Positions 13,721 to 26,180 of a stretch of DNA of 64,000 nucleotides are shown here, piece after piece. The notes under the pieces were generated by a model. It was given only the letters and a program-made list of their open reading frames with translations. It was not told the origin of the DNA and searched no databases. The DNA lies in assembly GCA_036785375.1 (NCBI GenBank), contig JAWMAR010000578.1, positions 248,001 through 312,000 of the forward strand. The letters run 5' to 3'. The translations under genes and the position numbers were made by a program. Each line of letters opens with the position of its first letter. The stretch's first letter is position 1. The DNA comes from Leucoraja ocellata. Its lineage: Eukaryota.

Positions 13721-14285
13721 CATCGAGAAAATGAAATAAACGAGTATTATGAGATGTATGAAATTCAAATAACTATCAAAATCTAGAATTGAAAATAAAT
13801 GTTAAACTCTGTAATGATAAAAAATAAAACAACTGGATTATTGTAAGATCCAATCTAAGGAAACCTGCCATCCTCAGCTTGTCCAATCTTTGTCTAACTC
13901 CAGACCAAGTAACTACTTTAACTCTTGTCTCTCTCCTCAGTTTATGGGTAGTTGGGAAAAACAAAAATGCCGGCATTGCAGGTAATGGCTCTACCTGGTT
14001 AATGGGGAAAAAAAAATCTTTAAGTTGGTTTATTTTTATTCTTGCACGAATAGTCATTGAAAATTCTGCAAAATATCTTTAAATATTTATTGTTAAAATG
14101 GAGAGTCCATGGTCTCAGCTTTCTGTCTCAAATTTATTCCATGAATTTGTCCTTCAAACTACGTGTAAATTAGGCTTACCCAGTCTGTGTCAATGGTAAC
14201 TCTTCCATGACCATTGGATAATTTGTGTTATTCATGCCGCTATTTTTTTTTATACATGTCCAACTCTATAATTGGTGTTAGGAGA

Positions 14286-14549
14286 GTCTAGGGTCCTCCC
14301 GCTGCTGGACATGGTGGGCACGGTATGGTGGAGACGCCCCTCAAAATAAGGGAAGGTATCCCACGCCAGGGGGCCACATGAGTGGCACGGGTGGGGAACA
14401 GATTTGTGAAATTTGAGAAATGTATATAGACTGCATTGAACAATTTGTATAGCTTCCGAAAATGTTGGATGAATTTTTCGCACGGTTCATGTATTCTATA
14501 TATTTATTACCTGAATAAAGTCTATTTTGAACTAAAAAATTTTTTTTAA
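14286..14549 (+). mobile_element. Tx1/L1-like 3' fragment with 12-bp TSD GGTGTTAGGAGA
   Basis: Direct repeats at 14274-14285 and 14550-14561, with AATAAA and an A-rich end inside. Confidence 0.65.
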
Positions 14550-15023
14550 GGTGTTAGGAGATACGATTACTAATCCAGTCAATACTTTATGCTGTTTGTT
14601 CTTTCTTAGATTTATCCACACTAATTCTTTGTCCTAATCTTCTGGCCTAAGATCCTTTCTTTCTACTTACGTAATTTTATCCTTTACTGTCTTTTTGTTT
14701 TTGCCTTTCTAAAAGTCAATTAATTAAAAGTCAATATTTTGTTTCCAACTTTTGTTACCCTACTAACAGTAGTCTCATAAATAACTACGTCACACCCACT
14801 TATATTCATTTGTACTGCTAATTGTTTTTCTTTTTTTTAATTATGATGAACATTCAGAAACAGCACCAATCATTTTAATTTATAATGGTTGGCATTGGAA
14901 TGAGTTTTAGAGCCAGAGTACAAGGCACTATTGAAAGTATTTTAATTTCAATGCCAAGTACATCAAGGTCTCATCTTTCAGGTTGAAACCCAATTCTATC
15001 TCTCTTCCCCATTGTTTCTCCAG

Positions 15024-15121
15024 ATGAATCCGAGCTGTTGGAACAACTTCCTGATAAAATGAGGCTGGACATTGCCATTGACGTCAACTTCAGCATCATC
15101 AGTAAAGTTGCACTCTTTCAG
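15024..15121 (+). CDS. CNGB1: CNGB1 exon ([33 protein letters not shown])
   Basis: ctccAG / GTACTG, 98 bp. Confidence 0.95.
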
Positions 15122-15204
15122 GTACTGAGTTAGCCAATAGGAGAAGGCTAAAGGGACAGAAAGTGGGATGGTTTGCTGTAGGTGAGGAAAACTAGCTGGA
15201 ACAC

Positions 15205-15790
15205 AGTCATAGAGCTATACAGCACAGAAACAGGCCCTTCAGCCCACTTTGCCCATGCTAACCAAATTTGCATATTAGACTGGTCCCATTTCTCTGCATT
15301 TGGCATGTAACTCTCGAAACTATTCCTATCCAAATGCCAAAAGTCATATTTGTATCCGCTTCTATAGCTTCCTTTGGCAGCTCATTCCCAAGGTCTGTGT
15401 AAAATCTCTTCATTTTCACCCTATCCCCTGTAGTTTTTGAATCCTCTACCTTGGGAAAGGGACTGAACATTCACTTTATTCATATTCCTTATATCTCGTA
15501 TACCTCAATAAGGTAATTCATCAGATTTCTACGCTCCAAAGGAAAATAATCCACCATGGGAACCATGCACCTATACCCCAGATTTCTTTGTTCTATAATA
15601 CTCTCCAGGGATCTCCCATTTACAGTTTAAATCCTGCCCTGGTTTGACATATCACACTTGCCAGAGTGAAATTCCATTGGCCATTCCTTGGCTTACCTTC
15701 ACAACTAATCTAGATCCTGTTGTAAACTTAGATACTTCCTCACTGTCCACTATACCATCAATTTTGGTGTCATCTGCTAATTATCTGCAG
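15205..15790 (-). mobile_element. Degraded CR1 RT / 3' fragment
   Basis: catagagctatacagcacagaaacaggcccttc tail and RT remnants. Confidence 0.65.
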
Positions 15791-15844
15791 ACTATGCAGG
15801 AGCTGAAGCTCAAATCTCATTCTATTTGTTTGACCTCTTTACAG

Positions 15845-15928
15845 GGCTGTGACAGACAGATGGTTTTCGACATGCTGAAGCGACTCAAATCAGTTGTATA
15901 TTTACCAGGAGACCACGTATGTAAAAAG
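15845..15928 (+). CDS. CNGB1: CNGB1 exon ([28 protein letters not shown])
   Basis: ttacAG / GTAACC, 84 bp, start of the CNBD. Confidence 0.95.
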
Positions 15929-16287
15929 GTAACCACAAAATGCTTAAACGGGTTTAATAAAATAAAGGTTTGCATATGTGCAGCATATTTAGCAAACTCC
16001 TACTGACGTATCTAGATATTTCTGGCACAGTACCAAGTCATTTGACCAATGTGTCCATATTGGCATCTGTGCTCCCCTCCCACTTCTTCCTGTCTATTCC
16101 TCTCAATCTATTTGTGGAAAAAACCCACACATGGCAGTACCGCATTCCATCAGTAAGGCAGTGGTGGATCAGCTCAAATCTTATACTTGCCTCAAGGGGA
16201 ATTTACACTATATTCTAACTCCGAGGCAAATGTGTTAGCACTGAGCCAACTTTGAACCAATAAACATTTGCTGAATGAGACAAATAG

Positions 16288-16540
16288 CTAGTCTAAAGAA
16301 GGGTCTTGACCCGAAACGTCACCTATTTTGTAGGGAGCAACTGCAGATGTTGGTTTACATGGAAGATAGACAAAAAATGCTGGAGTAACTCAGCGGGATA
16401 GACAGCATCTCTGGATAGAAGGAATGGGTGACGTTTCAAGTTCAGACCCTTCTTCAGACTGTCAGAGGTGCTGAGAACATCACCTATTCCTTTTGGCCAG
16501 AGATGCTGCCTTAATTACTCCAGCAGTTTGTGTCTGTATT
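16288..16540. mobile_element. Penelope-derived short element with head-to-head tail copies
   Basis: Tail motif on + at 16291-16326 and on - at about 16330-16461, then + again at 16480-16540. Confidence 0.7.
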
Positions 16541-16584
16541 CTCTGAATAACCATCCAGCTAGGTTGCCTAAACAGCAGGCAATT

Positions 16585-17065
16585 TTAAGCACAGCGTAGG
16601 TTCACCAGGTTAATTCCCGAGATAGCGGAACTGACATATGATGAAAGAATGGGTTGACTGAGTTTACATTCACTGGAATTTAGGATGAGAAGGGATTTTA
16701 TAGAAACATATAAAATTCTTAAAGGATTGGATGCAAGAAAAATGTTCCTGATGTTGGAGGAGTCCTGAACCAGGGGTCACAGCTTAAGAATAAGGGATAG
16801 GCCATTTAGGACTGAGATGAGGAAAAACGTTTTCACCCAGACAGTTGTGAATCAGTGAAATTCTCTGCCACAGAAGGCAGTGGAGGCCAATCCACTGGAT
16901 GCTTTCAAGAGAGAGTTAGATATAGCTCTTAGGGCTAACGGAATAAGGGATATGGAGAAAAAGCAGGAACGGAGTACTGATTTTGCATGATCAGCATATT
17001 GAATGGCGGTGTTTGCTCGAAGTGCCGAATGGCCTACTCCTGCACCGGTTTTCTATGTTTCTATA
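16585..17065 (+). mobile_element. CR1 LINE 3' fragment
   Basis: RT C-terminal nucleotide pattern and ...gaatggcctactcctgcacc...ctatgtttctat tail. Confidence 0.85.
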
Positions 17066-17345
17066 CATCGAAGCGGGTCAATTTTAACCAATTGAATGGT
17101 TGCATCCAATCCAATTTTCATGCCAACTGATTTCACTCGCCATTGACAGATTAAAATTAGGTGTAAAGTAGCGATGGGAAAAATAGAATGGGTGAGATAT
17201 GTATCTTTGTTCGTGTACTAATCTTCACATTAATATAAATGTACTCGACACACATTAGCTATGTTATCATTTAAGAAAATTGGCAGTTTTGTTTATGACA
17301 ATGTTTCAAACTATCTGCTTAATAGAAGCTATTTGTCTGTTTAAG

Positions 17346-17464
17346 GGAGAGATTGGAAGAGAAATGTACATAATTAAAGCTGGCGAGGTCCAGGTTGTTG
17401 GTGGCCCCGATGATAAGACCGTGTTTGTGACTCTGCGAGCAGGCTCTGTTTTTGGTGAGATCAG
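17346..17464 (+). CDS. CNGB1: CNGB1 exon (CNBD; [40 protein letters not shown])
   Basis: ttaAG / GTGAGG, 119 bp, FGEI phosphate-binding cassette. Confidence 0.96.
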
Positions 17465-18150
17465 GTGAGGCTCTACTTAGACCAATTTATAATCAAAGTT
17501 TATTTTCTTTTTAAAAAATTGTAAAAATAAAATCCTGGAAAATGTAGTTAAATGAAATCAGTAAAGTTTTGCAGGAACTATGCCCTTGACAAATATTCGA
17601 GCAAGCTCTTGTTTTTTTTCCAGGGACAGAGTACTTGAGCATCAGGTTAAACACTAGGTCAGATGGATTTGATACTTCAACTAAGACAGCAAGAATTAGC
17701 AGTTTGCTCACGTATCAGGAATCATTATAGCCAGCCCTGATCCCAAGTACATTTTGTTCCATATATTAGTTGTCCGACTGCACTTGAGTGTTATTAGATT
17801 GCAATCAGTGACAAATGGATAACAGTTGAAAAACTGAAGATTAAATTTAGGAAAAGACAGCGTCCGATTTCTCCTTTTATGAACTTTGATGGTGAGGCCA
17901 TGTTCCTACTGTGTCACACTTCAACACTGATCAGTCACTGTATTGTCCCTATCTGTTGGGCTAAATTATTTGTGTACTATAATTATTGAGGCCTCACATA
18001 AATGTGCAATATTCTCTAGTTATATCTACACTATTGTGTTTTTAATTTAAAAAGTAATCTTTTTTTGAGTGATAGAAGCATCAGATGATTTTCTTTTCCT
18101 ATTCTCCTCATCTTATCCATCCTCCTCTCTCACCTTTGTTAATATAATAG

Positions 18151-18297
18151 TTTGCTGTCAGTGGGAGGTGGAAATCGCCGGACTGCCAACGTCGTTGCTC
18201 ATGGATTTGCAAACCTTTTCATCCTCAACAAGAGAGACTTGAGTGACATTCTGATCCACTACCCGGATTCTCAGAAACTTCTCCGAAAGAAAGCTAA
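18151..18297 (+). CDS. CNGB1: CNGB1 exon ([49 protein letters not shown])
   Basis: aatAG acceptor and weak GTCTGT donor, 147 bp. RRTA motif present; phase 2 fits the next exon. Confidence 0.93.
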
Positions 18298-18989
18298 GTC
18301 TGTGCAAACTGTTTTCATAATTATTGTTTTCATTCATGTACATGCATGTAATAGGGGTACTCTTTTTGATATGAGTAATTTTATGCAATTAAGCAATTAA
18401 ATATAGTTCAGGATAAGTGATTCTAAATCCCAATTTTGGTACTAGCTGCTTCTTGTGCAGTCGGGTCAGGAAAAGCAACCAGTTTGCCTTTGATTCACCT
18501 CTGCCAGGCAATGGCCTGGTCCCAATACCGAGACTTTACTCTCTGGCAACCCTGCTGCTGTAAACAGGGTGGAGTGGGAATTCCAACTTCCTGTCGATCG
18601 CATCACTAATGTAAGAAATATTCAAGTGACTTTCCCGCAGGTTTCCTGGCAATTAGCCTGCTTTTCTTAAGGAGCTCACCATGGGAAGGAAACAGAAATT
18701 CTAATCTAGTGCAGGATTTGATTCAAAAACAGAAATGCTGGTTTGCTTGACTGGCTGAGCTCTTCCAGCATTTCTGGTTTTGTTTAAGATTCCATTACAG
18801 CAGGATTTTATTCACTGCTGTGATGTTTGAATTCCAAATGTGAAGTTCTAATGCAAACATCGATGTTAGCTGTTTCTTTTGTATGAATGACTTAATTGTA
18901 GGCAGAAGTGGAATAGTTGTGAAGTTAGGTAGGAAAGTAATTCATAACGATATAACATTATACATTTTATATAGGAAGCTACATAGGGA

Positions 18990-19630
18990 TATAAATAATG
19001 AGAGGTCAAAGAACTGGCAAATATCGTATTATGTTGGGAGAAAAGTGAAATTAACCATTTTGGCAGGAGAAAAAAAAGCATATGGTGAAAGACTGCAGAG
19101 TGTGAAATGTAGAGGGATCTGTATATTCTAGTACCTATTGCAAAAGGCTAAAATGCAAGTTTGGTGATCTTTAAGGAAGTTAATGGAATGTTATTATTTA
19201 TTACTAGAGGGGTTGTGTACAAATTAGTTATGCTTCAGTTGCATAAGAAATTTCTGAAACCAATTTTAGTACCATTTAGAATACTGATCGTCTTATTCAA
19301 GGGAAGTTGTTAATTTATTAGAAGCAGTTCAGAGATAGTTTACTAGACTAATACATGGACAAGTTGAGTTATATTTGACCCTTTAGAAGTAAGGGGTTAA
19401 CATTTAGGACAGTGTGAAATGATTTTTTTCTCTTGTGTACCTTTGACATTTTCCTCGTCAAAAGATAATGGAAGCAGAGTCTGAATACATTTAAGGCTGA
19501 GGTAGATTGATCGTTGAGAAGCAAGTGGGTGAAGGGAATATAGAGTTGGATTACAATCAGATCAACTACCATTTAATTAAATGTCAGAGAAAGCATGAAT
19601 GCTCAAATGACCTTGGCTTGCTCCTAATGC
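18990..19630 (+). mobile_element. Old degraded CR1 fragment
   Basis: Residual similarity to the CR1 RT C-terminus and tail. Confidence 0.5.
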
Positions 19631-20501
19631 ATTCCACTATTAAAGGTGAGAGATCTAAATACTAATGTATCGTGATATTTGTACTGAACTGTATACAAAA
19701 ATGAATTTCACTGTACCTCGGTACATGTGACAAATAAAGTACCATTGAACCACTGAACACACACAATTATAGCAAAATTATCCTACAATCTGCTATCGAG
19801 AAATTAGAACGATCTGTCATTTGGGACAGAACAACTAAACACATAGAAAGTACTCATCTGCTCCGGTAGAACAGGGATGCAGTTGCAAAGATATTTGGGC
19901 CTTGACAGTTGTCAGAATAATACTAGAACTCCAATGGTTCATTTATTTTGAGACGTTACACAAACTAGGGTTGGATTTTAGAGTATTAAAGAGGATATTT
20001 TATTAATGTATTTAAGACAAAGGTAAGAATAGATAGCGTGTCTATAATCAGAAGTCTTTGTCTAAAAATAGAGATACGCCCTTTAGGAATGAAGTTGAAA
20101 ACCATTTTTACATGCAGACAGTAGCAGTTTGAAATACATTATGCAAACCACAACTGATGCCTGGTCACTTGTTACTTTCAAATCTAAGTTATACATTTTA
20201 AATCCTGGCTATAAATTGTCCCTAAACTGGATAATGCCGCTGGTGAGTGTTGGTCTATACACTGTCCCTAAATTGAGCTGCACCACTAATGAATGTCAAT
20301 CTATTATATGGCCACAAACTGAATAACAAGACTGTTGAATGTTGACCTAGACTTTACCCCTGCAACCAGGAGCACGATTGGTTAATTTTGGTGTAATCAC
20401 TGCATCTTTAATCTAAATGAACACAGTCGGCATCATTTTTCTAGATTACCGTGGAAACTGATAAGATTATATCAAATAATTGCTTTTCAATTTACTTGCA
20501 G

Positions 20502-20688
20502 GAAACTTCTTTCTAAAGATGGTGGAAAATCAGTAAAGCCAGAAGGAAAAGGATTCCAGCATATCATTCCACCCAGACCAGAGACTCCTAAATTATTCCA
20601 TGCAGTCCTCTCAGTAGTGGGTAAATATGGAATCAAAGGAACATTCTCTCTTATTAAAAGGAAACTTGGAGAATCTGCCAGCATGCAG
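20502..20688 (+). CDS. CNGB1: CNGB1 exon (KLLSKDGGKSVKPEGKGFQHIIPPRPETPKLFHAVL...ESASMQ)
   Basis: ttgcAG / GTAGAA, 187 bp, PPRxxTPKLF motif. Confidence 0.9.
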
Positions 20689-21164
20689 GTAGAATTAATG
20701 GGAAGATTTTCTTGGAACAAATGTTAATGTTTTAAACTGTTATTAATAGATATTAGTAAAATTGGGCAGAAAATTAAAGTTCATTCCTGTTTTGGGTAAT
20801 TCTACAAGTTGACAGCATAAACCAGATGAATAGAGAAGTGTGGAAGGGTGTTTTAAATTCATTCAAGGACAATGGTAACAATCAGTGTAATAATGGACTT
20901 AGTTAGGGTTTTTGCTTCCAGTCTGTGCTGGGTTAGTTGCAGTCAGATTGGGAAACGTCAGTGCTATCCAGCACATGAATGCTGTAACAAAAAGCCAAGA
21001 AATTTAGCTATGCAAAGAATCAGGCTCATTTTATAACCCCACCCACAGTTGAATAGCATTTCTTAATGACAAGATTTGTATTGGTGTTTTAAGGGTGCAC
21101 AACAAAAAACTTGTGGCTGGCTGATATCCAGCATTTAGATGTTTCTAATATTTCTAATGGTGCT

Positions 21165-22285
21165 CCCTCCTGCACCCACACACAACCCACTGACTTCATC
21201 CACTTCACACTAACTTCCACTCAGCACTCAAATACACCTGGACCATTTCCGACACTTCCTTAACATTTCTTGACCTCACTATCTCCATCGCAGGTGATAG
21301 ACTTCTGACCGACATCCACTATAAATCCACTGACTCCCATGGCTATCTGGACTACCCTTCTTCCCACCCTGCTTCCTGTAAGGACTCCATCCCCTACTCC
21401 CAATCCCTCCGTCTACGCCGCATCTGCTCCCAGGATGAGGTGTTCCACACCAGGGCATCAGAGATGTCCTAATTCTTCAGGGAACGGGGGTTCCCCTGTT
21501 CAACCATAGATGAGGCTCTCACCAGGGTTTCTTCGATACCCCGTAATACTGCTCTCTCCCCCCACCCCCGCACTCGTAATAAGGGCAGAGTCCCCCTAGT
21601 CCTCACCTTCCACTCTACCAGCCGTCACATACAACAAATTATCCTCCGTCATCTTCGCCACCTCCAACGTGACCCCACCACTTGCCACATCTTCCCATCT
21701 ACTCCCCTGTCTGTTTTCCACAGAGACGGCTCCCTCCGTAACTCCCTGGTCAATTCGTCCCTTCCCACCTGTACCACCCCTTCCCCGGGCACTTTCCCTT
21801 GCAACTGCAAGAAATGCTGCACTTGTCGCTTTACCTCCCCCCTTGACTCCATTCAAGGACACAAGCAGTAGTTCCAAGTGTGACAGAGGTTCACCTGTAC
21901 CTCCTCCAACCTCATCTATTGCATCCGCTGCTCTAGATGTCAGCTGATCTACATCGGTGAGACCAAGCGTAGGCTTGGCGATCACTTCGCCATACACATC
22001 CGCTCGGTCCGCAATAACCAACCTGATCTCCTTGTGGCTCAGCACTCCAACTCCCCCCTCCCATTCCGAATTCGACCTTTCTGTCCTGGGCCTCCTCCAT
22101 GGCCAGAGTGAGGACCACCGGAAATTGGAGGAGCAGCACCTCACATTTCGCTTGGGCAGTTTATACCCCAGCGGCTTGAACATTGACTTCTCTAATTTCA
22201 GGTATCCCTTACTGTCTCCTCCCTTCTCAGCTCTACCTCAGCCCACTGGCTCCTCCTCTTCCTTTCTTCTTTCTGCCTTTTGCCT
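21165..22285 (+). mobile_element. Penelope-like element fragment (RT C-terminus plus GIY-YIG)
   Basis: Closely similar to the reverse complement of 9570-10660. Encodes EEQHLTFRLGSLYPSGLNIDFSNFR. Confidence 0.92.
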
Positions 22286-23125
22286 CCAATAGTAGTGTGA
22301 AATGGGCTCCCAATTAATTGCTACCTGTGACACAGCCAGTTCACTCTGAACCTGCTTCACGTTATAGCTGTAGGCCATTTCATTCCACCCCCTCCCCCAG
22401 GTGTAACAATCACCCAGTGTCAAGGTCTTGCAAGGAAATGGTGGAGTTCTGTGGTTGCCATAATGGAGAAAATAATATGACTACATTGTGATATAAAATG
22501 TATTTAGTAATGGAGATAAACTCGAGTCAAGTGTTTCTTTGCATCAACAAGATGTTAATAACGCAGGGGAACGTGTTAATAGAACCAAATAAATTATTCT
22601 GCCTGATATGGTATTGTACTGGTTATGTTACTGTAATGCAGGGACAATGAGTTCCAGTCCTGCCAAAATAATATGAGGATTGGAACTCGAGTTTTCAAAT
22701 TATGTAAACAAAAGTGGCACAATTACCAGTAACTAAGGAACAGTTGGATTGTTATGTTAACGTTGTCAGTGATGCTCTTTAAGGAAGAGAAACTATTTAT
22801 TCACAATCAATCTGGTAGATATCTTTCAGCCCCAGCCCAACATATTTGGAGCTGGCAAGTCACTCAATTGTTGCAAACTGCCACCAAATGTGATATTGTT
22901 TCCACTCCTTGTCCCACATAGCCTCCTTTAACTATTTTCCAGTTGTGGGCATCACTAGCAAGGAAGGCTTCATTGCCCATCTCCAATTACTTTTGAGGGG
23001 TGGCGATGAGCCACCTTCTCTACCCCGGCAGTCCGTTTGGTGAAGATACTTTCACAAGACAGATGCCTCACTGTATTCTTATTTTCTTAGTATGGAGCCT
23101 TTATCGAAAAAGCTAGTGTCAAATA

Positions 23126-23430
23126 GGGCAGTAGACGGGTACAGCTGTAGAGTTGCTGCCTTATAGCGCCAGAGATCCGGGTTCGCTCTAGACTACAGGT
23201 ACTGTTTGTATGGAGTTTGCACCTTCTCCTTCTGCCCACGTGGGTTTTTTTCTGGGTGACTCAGATTCCTCCCACATCCCAAGGACATTGCGGGTTTGTA
23301 GGTTAATTGGCTTCTGTAAATTACCCCTAGTGTTTAGGATGCGAAACTGGGATAACATAGATTTTGAGCAGTCACGGTGGCGCAGCGGTAAAGTTGCTGC
23401 CTTACAGCGAATGCATGGCCAGAGACCCGG
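23126..23430 (+). mobile_element. tRNA-derived V-SINE (HE1-like) plus a second 5' head
   Basis: A/B-box-like head (gttgctgcctta..gccagagatccgggttc) and V-domain-like core tgtatggagtttgcaccttctcc. Also at 30455-30660(-), 36808-37115(-), 51340-51565(-), 51714-51880(+). Confidence 0.75.
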
Positions 23431-23486
23431 CATTGTTTCATTGTTTTCTTTCTTTTTCTTGCAACCCTTCTCTCTCCACTGTCTAG

Positions 23487-23702
23487 CCAAGACTGCAGCC
23501 TCCTCCCTCCCCTTACCATCGGCGGTCACCTTTTACAGCAAAAAAGCTGGATGAAACTGATGATGAAGATGATGATGATGTTATTTCAGAAATGATAGAT
23601 TCCTCTGTCTTGATCAGGATGTCTCCTGCTCACGGTGGGAGAAGGGAACAAATTCTGTCCGTGGAAGTTCCCGATGAGGAAAAAGAGAAGTCGGAAAAGT
23701 GA
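23487..23702 (+). CDS. CNGB1: CNGB1 terminal coding exon (PRLQPPPSPYHRRSPF...SVLIRMSPAHGGRREQILSVEVPDEEKEKSEK*)
   Basis: Long pyrimidine tract with ctAG at 23485-86 (in-frame alternative cAG at 23497-98) and TGA at 23700-02. The SVxIxMSP...EQILSV tail resembles CNGB1 rather than CNGB3. Confidence 0.88.
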   Translation, partial: PRLQPPPSPYHRRSPFTAKKLDETDDEDDDDVISEMIDSSVLIRMSPAHGGRREQILSVEVPDEEKEKSEK

Positions 23703-25325
23703 TACTGCTTTGGATTTGCATTTTGTTTTGTTAAAAGTAGCAATTTAAAAAGTGAGCGCAGTAAATTGTTAAGAATTAGGCTCGCTGTGATGTTGCATTG
23801 TAATGAAAATTTTGCACTTATTCAGCATATTTCACATCTCAGGATGACTCAAACTGCTCTATAGCTGATTATGTAACTTTGAAGTCCAGTCACTGTTACA
23901 ATTTAGAAACATGCAGCACAATCTGTTTCAGGTGTTGGTTAGGGCTAAATCTGTTAGGGAAATCCAGCACAACTGTCTTCTGCAGTTGCTAAAATTATAA
24001 TATATTATTTTAGGAAGGAAACTATAGTTGTGCTTGTGCATAGGAGAATACTTACAAAACCACAGTGTCACAGACAATCAACACAATTAAACATACACTG
24101 CACAATTTACCTTTAAGGCTCATATAGAACCATCCTAAATATAATTCACATATGGATGTACTCTTATATAGAACATATATACATGGTCATGTCACCTCGT
24201 ATACATGTACTCACATTTAAACTTCATACATATTGCACATCAGATATGCAAGACACAAATACACGCTGTTAAAAGAGATTCAGGAGTAAATCTTTTCCAT
24301 GGTGGTAGCAGTTAAAAAGTACAGAATGTAATTACCTACAAAGGTCTTTACAAATATGGCTTGCATATATTAAGTAGCCACATATAAATCAACTTACCAC
24401 ACTGGACATTAACAAATGTCCACAGAATCAGCTGCACCACCACACACAATCTCTACACCGACATTATTGTTGATAATGCAGATATAATGCTAAATGTGTA
24501 CCATAATCATACAATAATTATCACTCAATATAACTCAATTGTTTGTCATTAATTAATTTTTTTAAATGGTGTTTCAAATCTACTGTAGATGTTCTTCGCT
24601 TTTCCAGAGGTTCCATCTTTGCTTTTCCTTTTAGGAGCAAAACAATAGCACTCACTGTAAACTGGAACTTTATGATGTATCTCCTAGTACATTCCCAATA
24701 ACCAAGTAGCTCAGTGAGGAAGGAAGGATAATCTTGCCCTCTTTCCTTAATGAATATTAATCCTCCAAGATCATATTTTTATTATCCTTGGTGTTGGGAT
24801 CCTTCCACCATAAATTAATCTGAAGGGGGAATTAAATGAATCCCATTGTGTTCTCTTCTCACAACCCCACTCACCATCCAAAATAGCTCTGGGTAAGTGG
24901 ATCTTGGATAGATTACAGCAGTTCCTAATGTTCCTCCTATCTTGCCCTACAGTCCGCAAAACAGTTCAGTAGATAATCAGTCACATCTACAAGAAGTGAA
25001 TCTTTATGATAAAGGAAATAATTGCCAATTTTAACAGACAGGAAAGCAAATCATGTTTTCATACAATTTCACAAACTCACATGTACCTGCATGCACTCAC
25101 AACTGATCCAAAATACGTCATTAGCAATGTTTGGAAGAAGTCTGCTAAATAAGCCTGTTGTGTTTGGAATGCTCCAATTGTTCTTAGTCTAGTTCGTCAA
25201 TTTTTTTTACAGTTAATGCTTTAAGATGAAACTGAAAGATTTGTTAAGTGGGCAGCTAGAATTGAACTGACTGTAGTTACATAACACTCTGTAGATTCAA
25301 GAAACTTAATTTAACACCAATGAAC

Positions 25326-25331
25326 AATAAA
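25326..25331 (+). terminator. Candidate CNGB1 polyadenylation signal AATAAA
   Basis: Canonical AATAAA about 1.6 kb after the stop, followed by a T-rich stretch. Not verified. Confidence 0.3.
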
Positions 25332-26180
25332 TGGAATTTGAGATAAATGGCCTCCACCTTTTTACTTTAAGGGCAAAGCAAGTTCTTGTGCAAGTTTTTA
25401 TCATTCTTCATAGTACCATATGGGAACTGTGCAATTTACAATACCATTATATGAGCTAAAATCAAGATGAATTTTGATAATTAGTGTTGGAAATTTGCCA
25501 TTTTTTTGTAAAAGCTGCGTTATTTCAATGTTGTTGGTTGTGAATCAGAGATGAGACTGCTCAGAAAATTGGAGTTAGACCACAGTTCTTACATCCTGTC
25601 ATCACGTTCAGTATTGGACATATACCTAGAAGAAAAGCATCCGCTGGTTCACAGGAATAAGCAAAGACAAAATCCATCATTCCTTTGAAAGCTGACCAGC
25701 TAAGGCTTATACAGAAAACTGAGAAAAATCTTCAGGTCAGCTCCTGCAGAACCCTTACTTATCTCTCAATAACTACAATGACGCAGAACGAGAGGAAGAT
25801 ATTTAGCAGCACTTTCCTTTTCCTCTCGTGTCCACTGGCACTGGATACTTATATGATAATATTTGAGACTCCACAAGATAATGCACACATTGTATTTATA
25901 GAATGGGCAGTAGAGGTTTCCAAACTATGTCTGATTCAGGTCAAATCCCCACTTCACTTCAAATAACTGATCATCTTCCTGGCAAGCCTCACAACTGCCA
26001 TTTTTTGTTTAGCAAAAACACGAGGTATTACTTGAAGCCCATATTGATGTTAGAACAAAATGCAGACCTGAATGACCTCAAATTGCTAACATCGGTCATT
26101 CACTTTTTCAGATTTAAAATGTAATTTGAAAGAGGTCCAAGACAAGAAATGAATTATCAGTGTTGCTATCATGGCAGAGA

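Noticed and set aside
23091-23126. Alternative terminal CNGB1 exon YGAFIEKASVK*
   Set aside because: The acceptor is plausible, but there is no homology or nearby polyA support and it abuts a SINE.
23126-23200. tRNA gene
   Set aside because: It is the tRNA-derived head of a SINE, with no cloverleaf or terminator and several degenerate copies.
192-23702. Calling the channel CNGB3 or a CNGA subunit
   Set aside because: The TIGG filter excludes CNGA. WNWNxWLIP, GCDRQM, the EQILSV tail and KIFC3 adjacency favour CNGB1.
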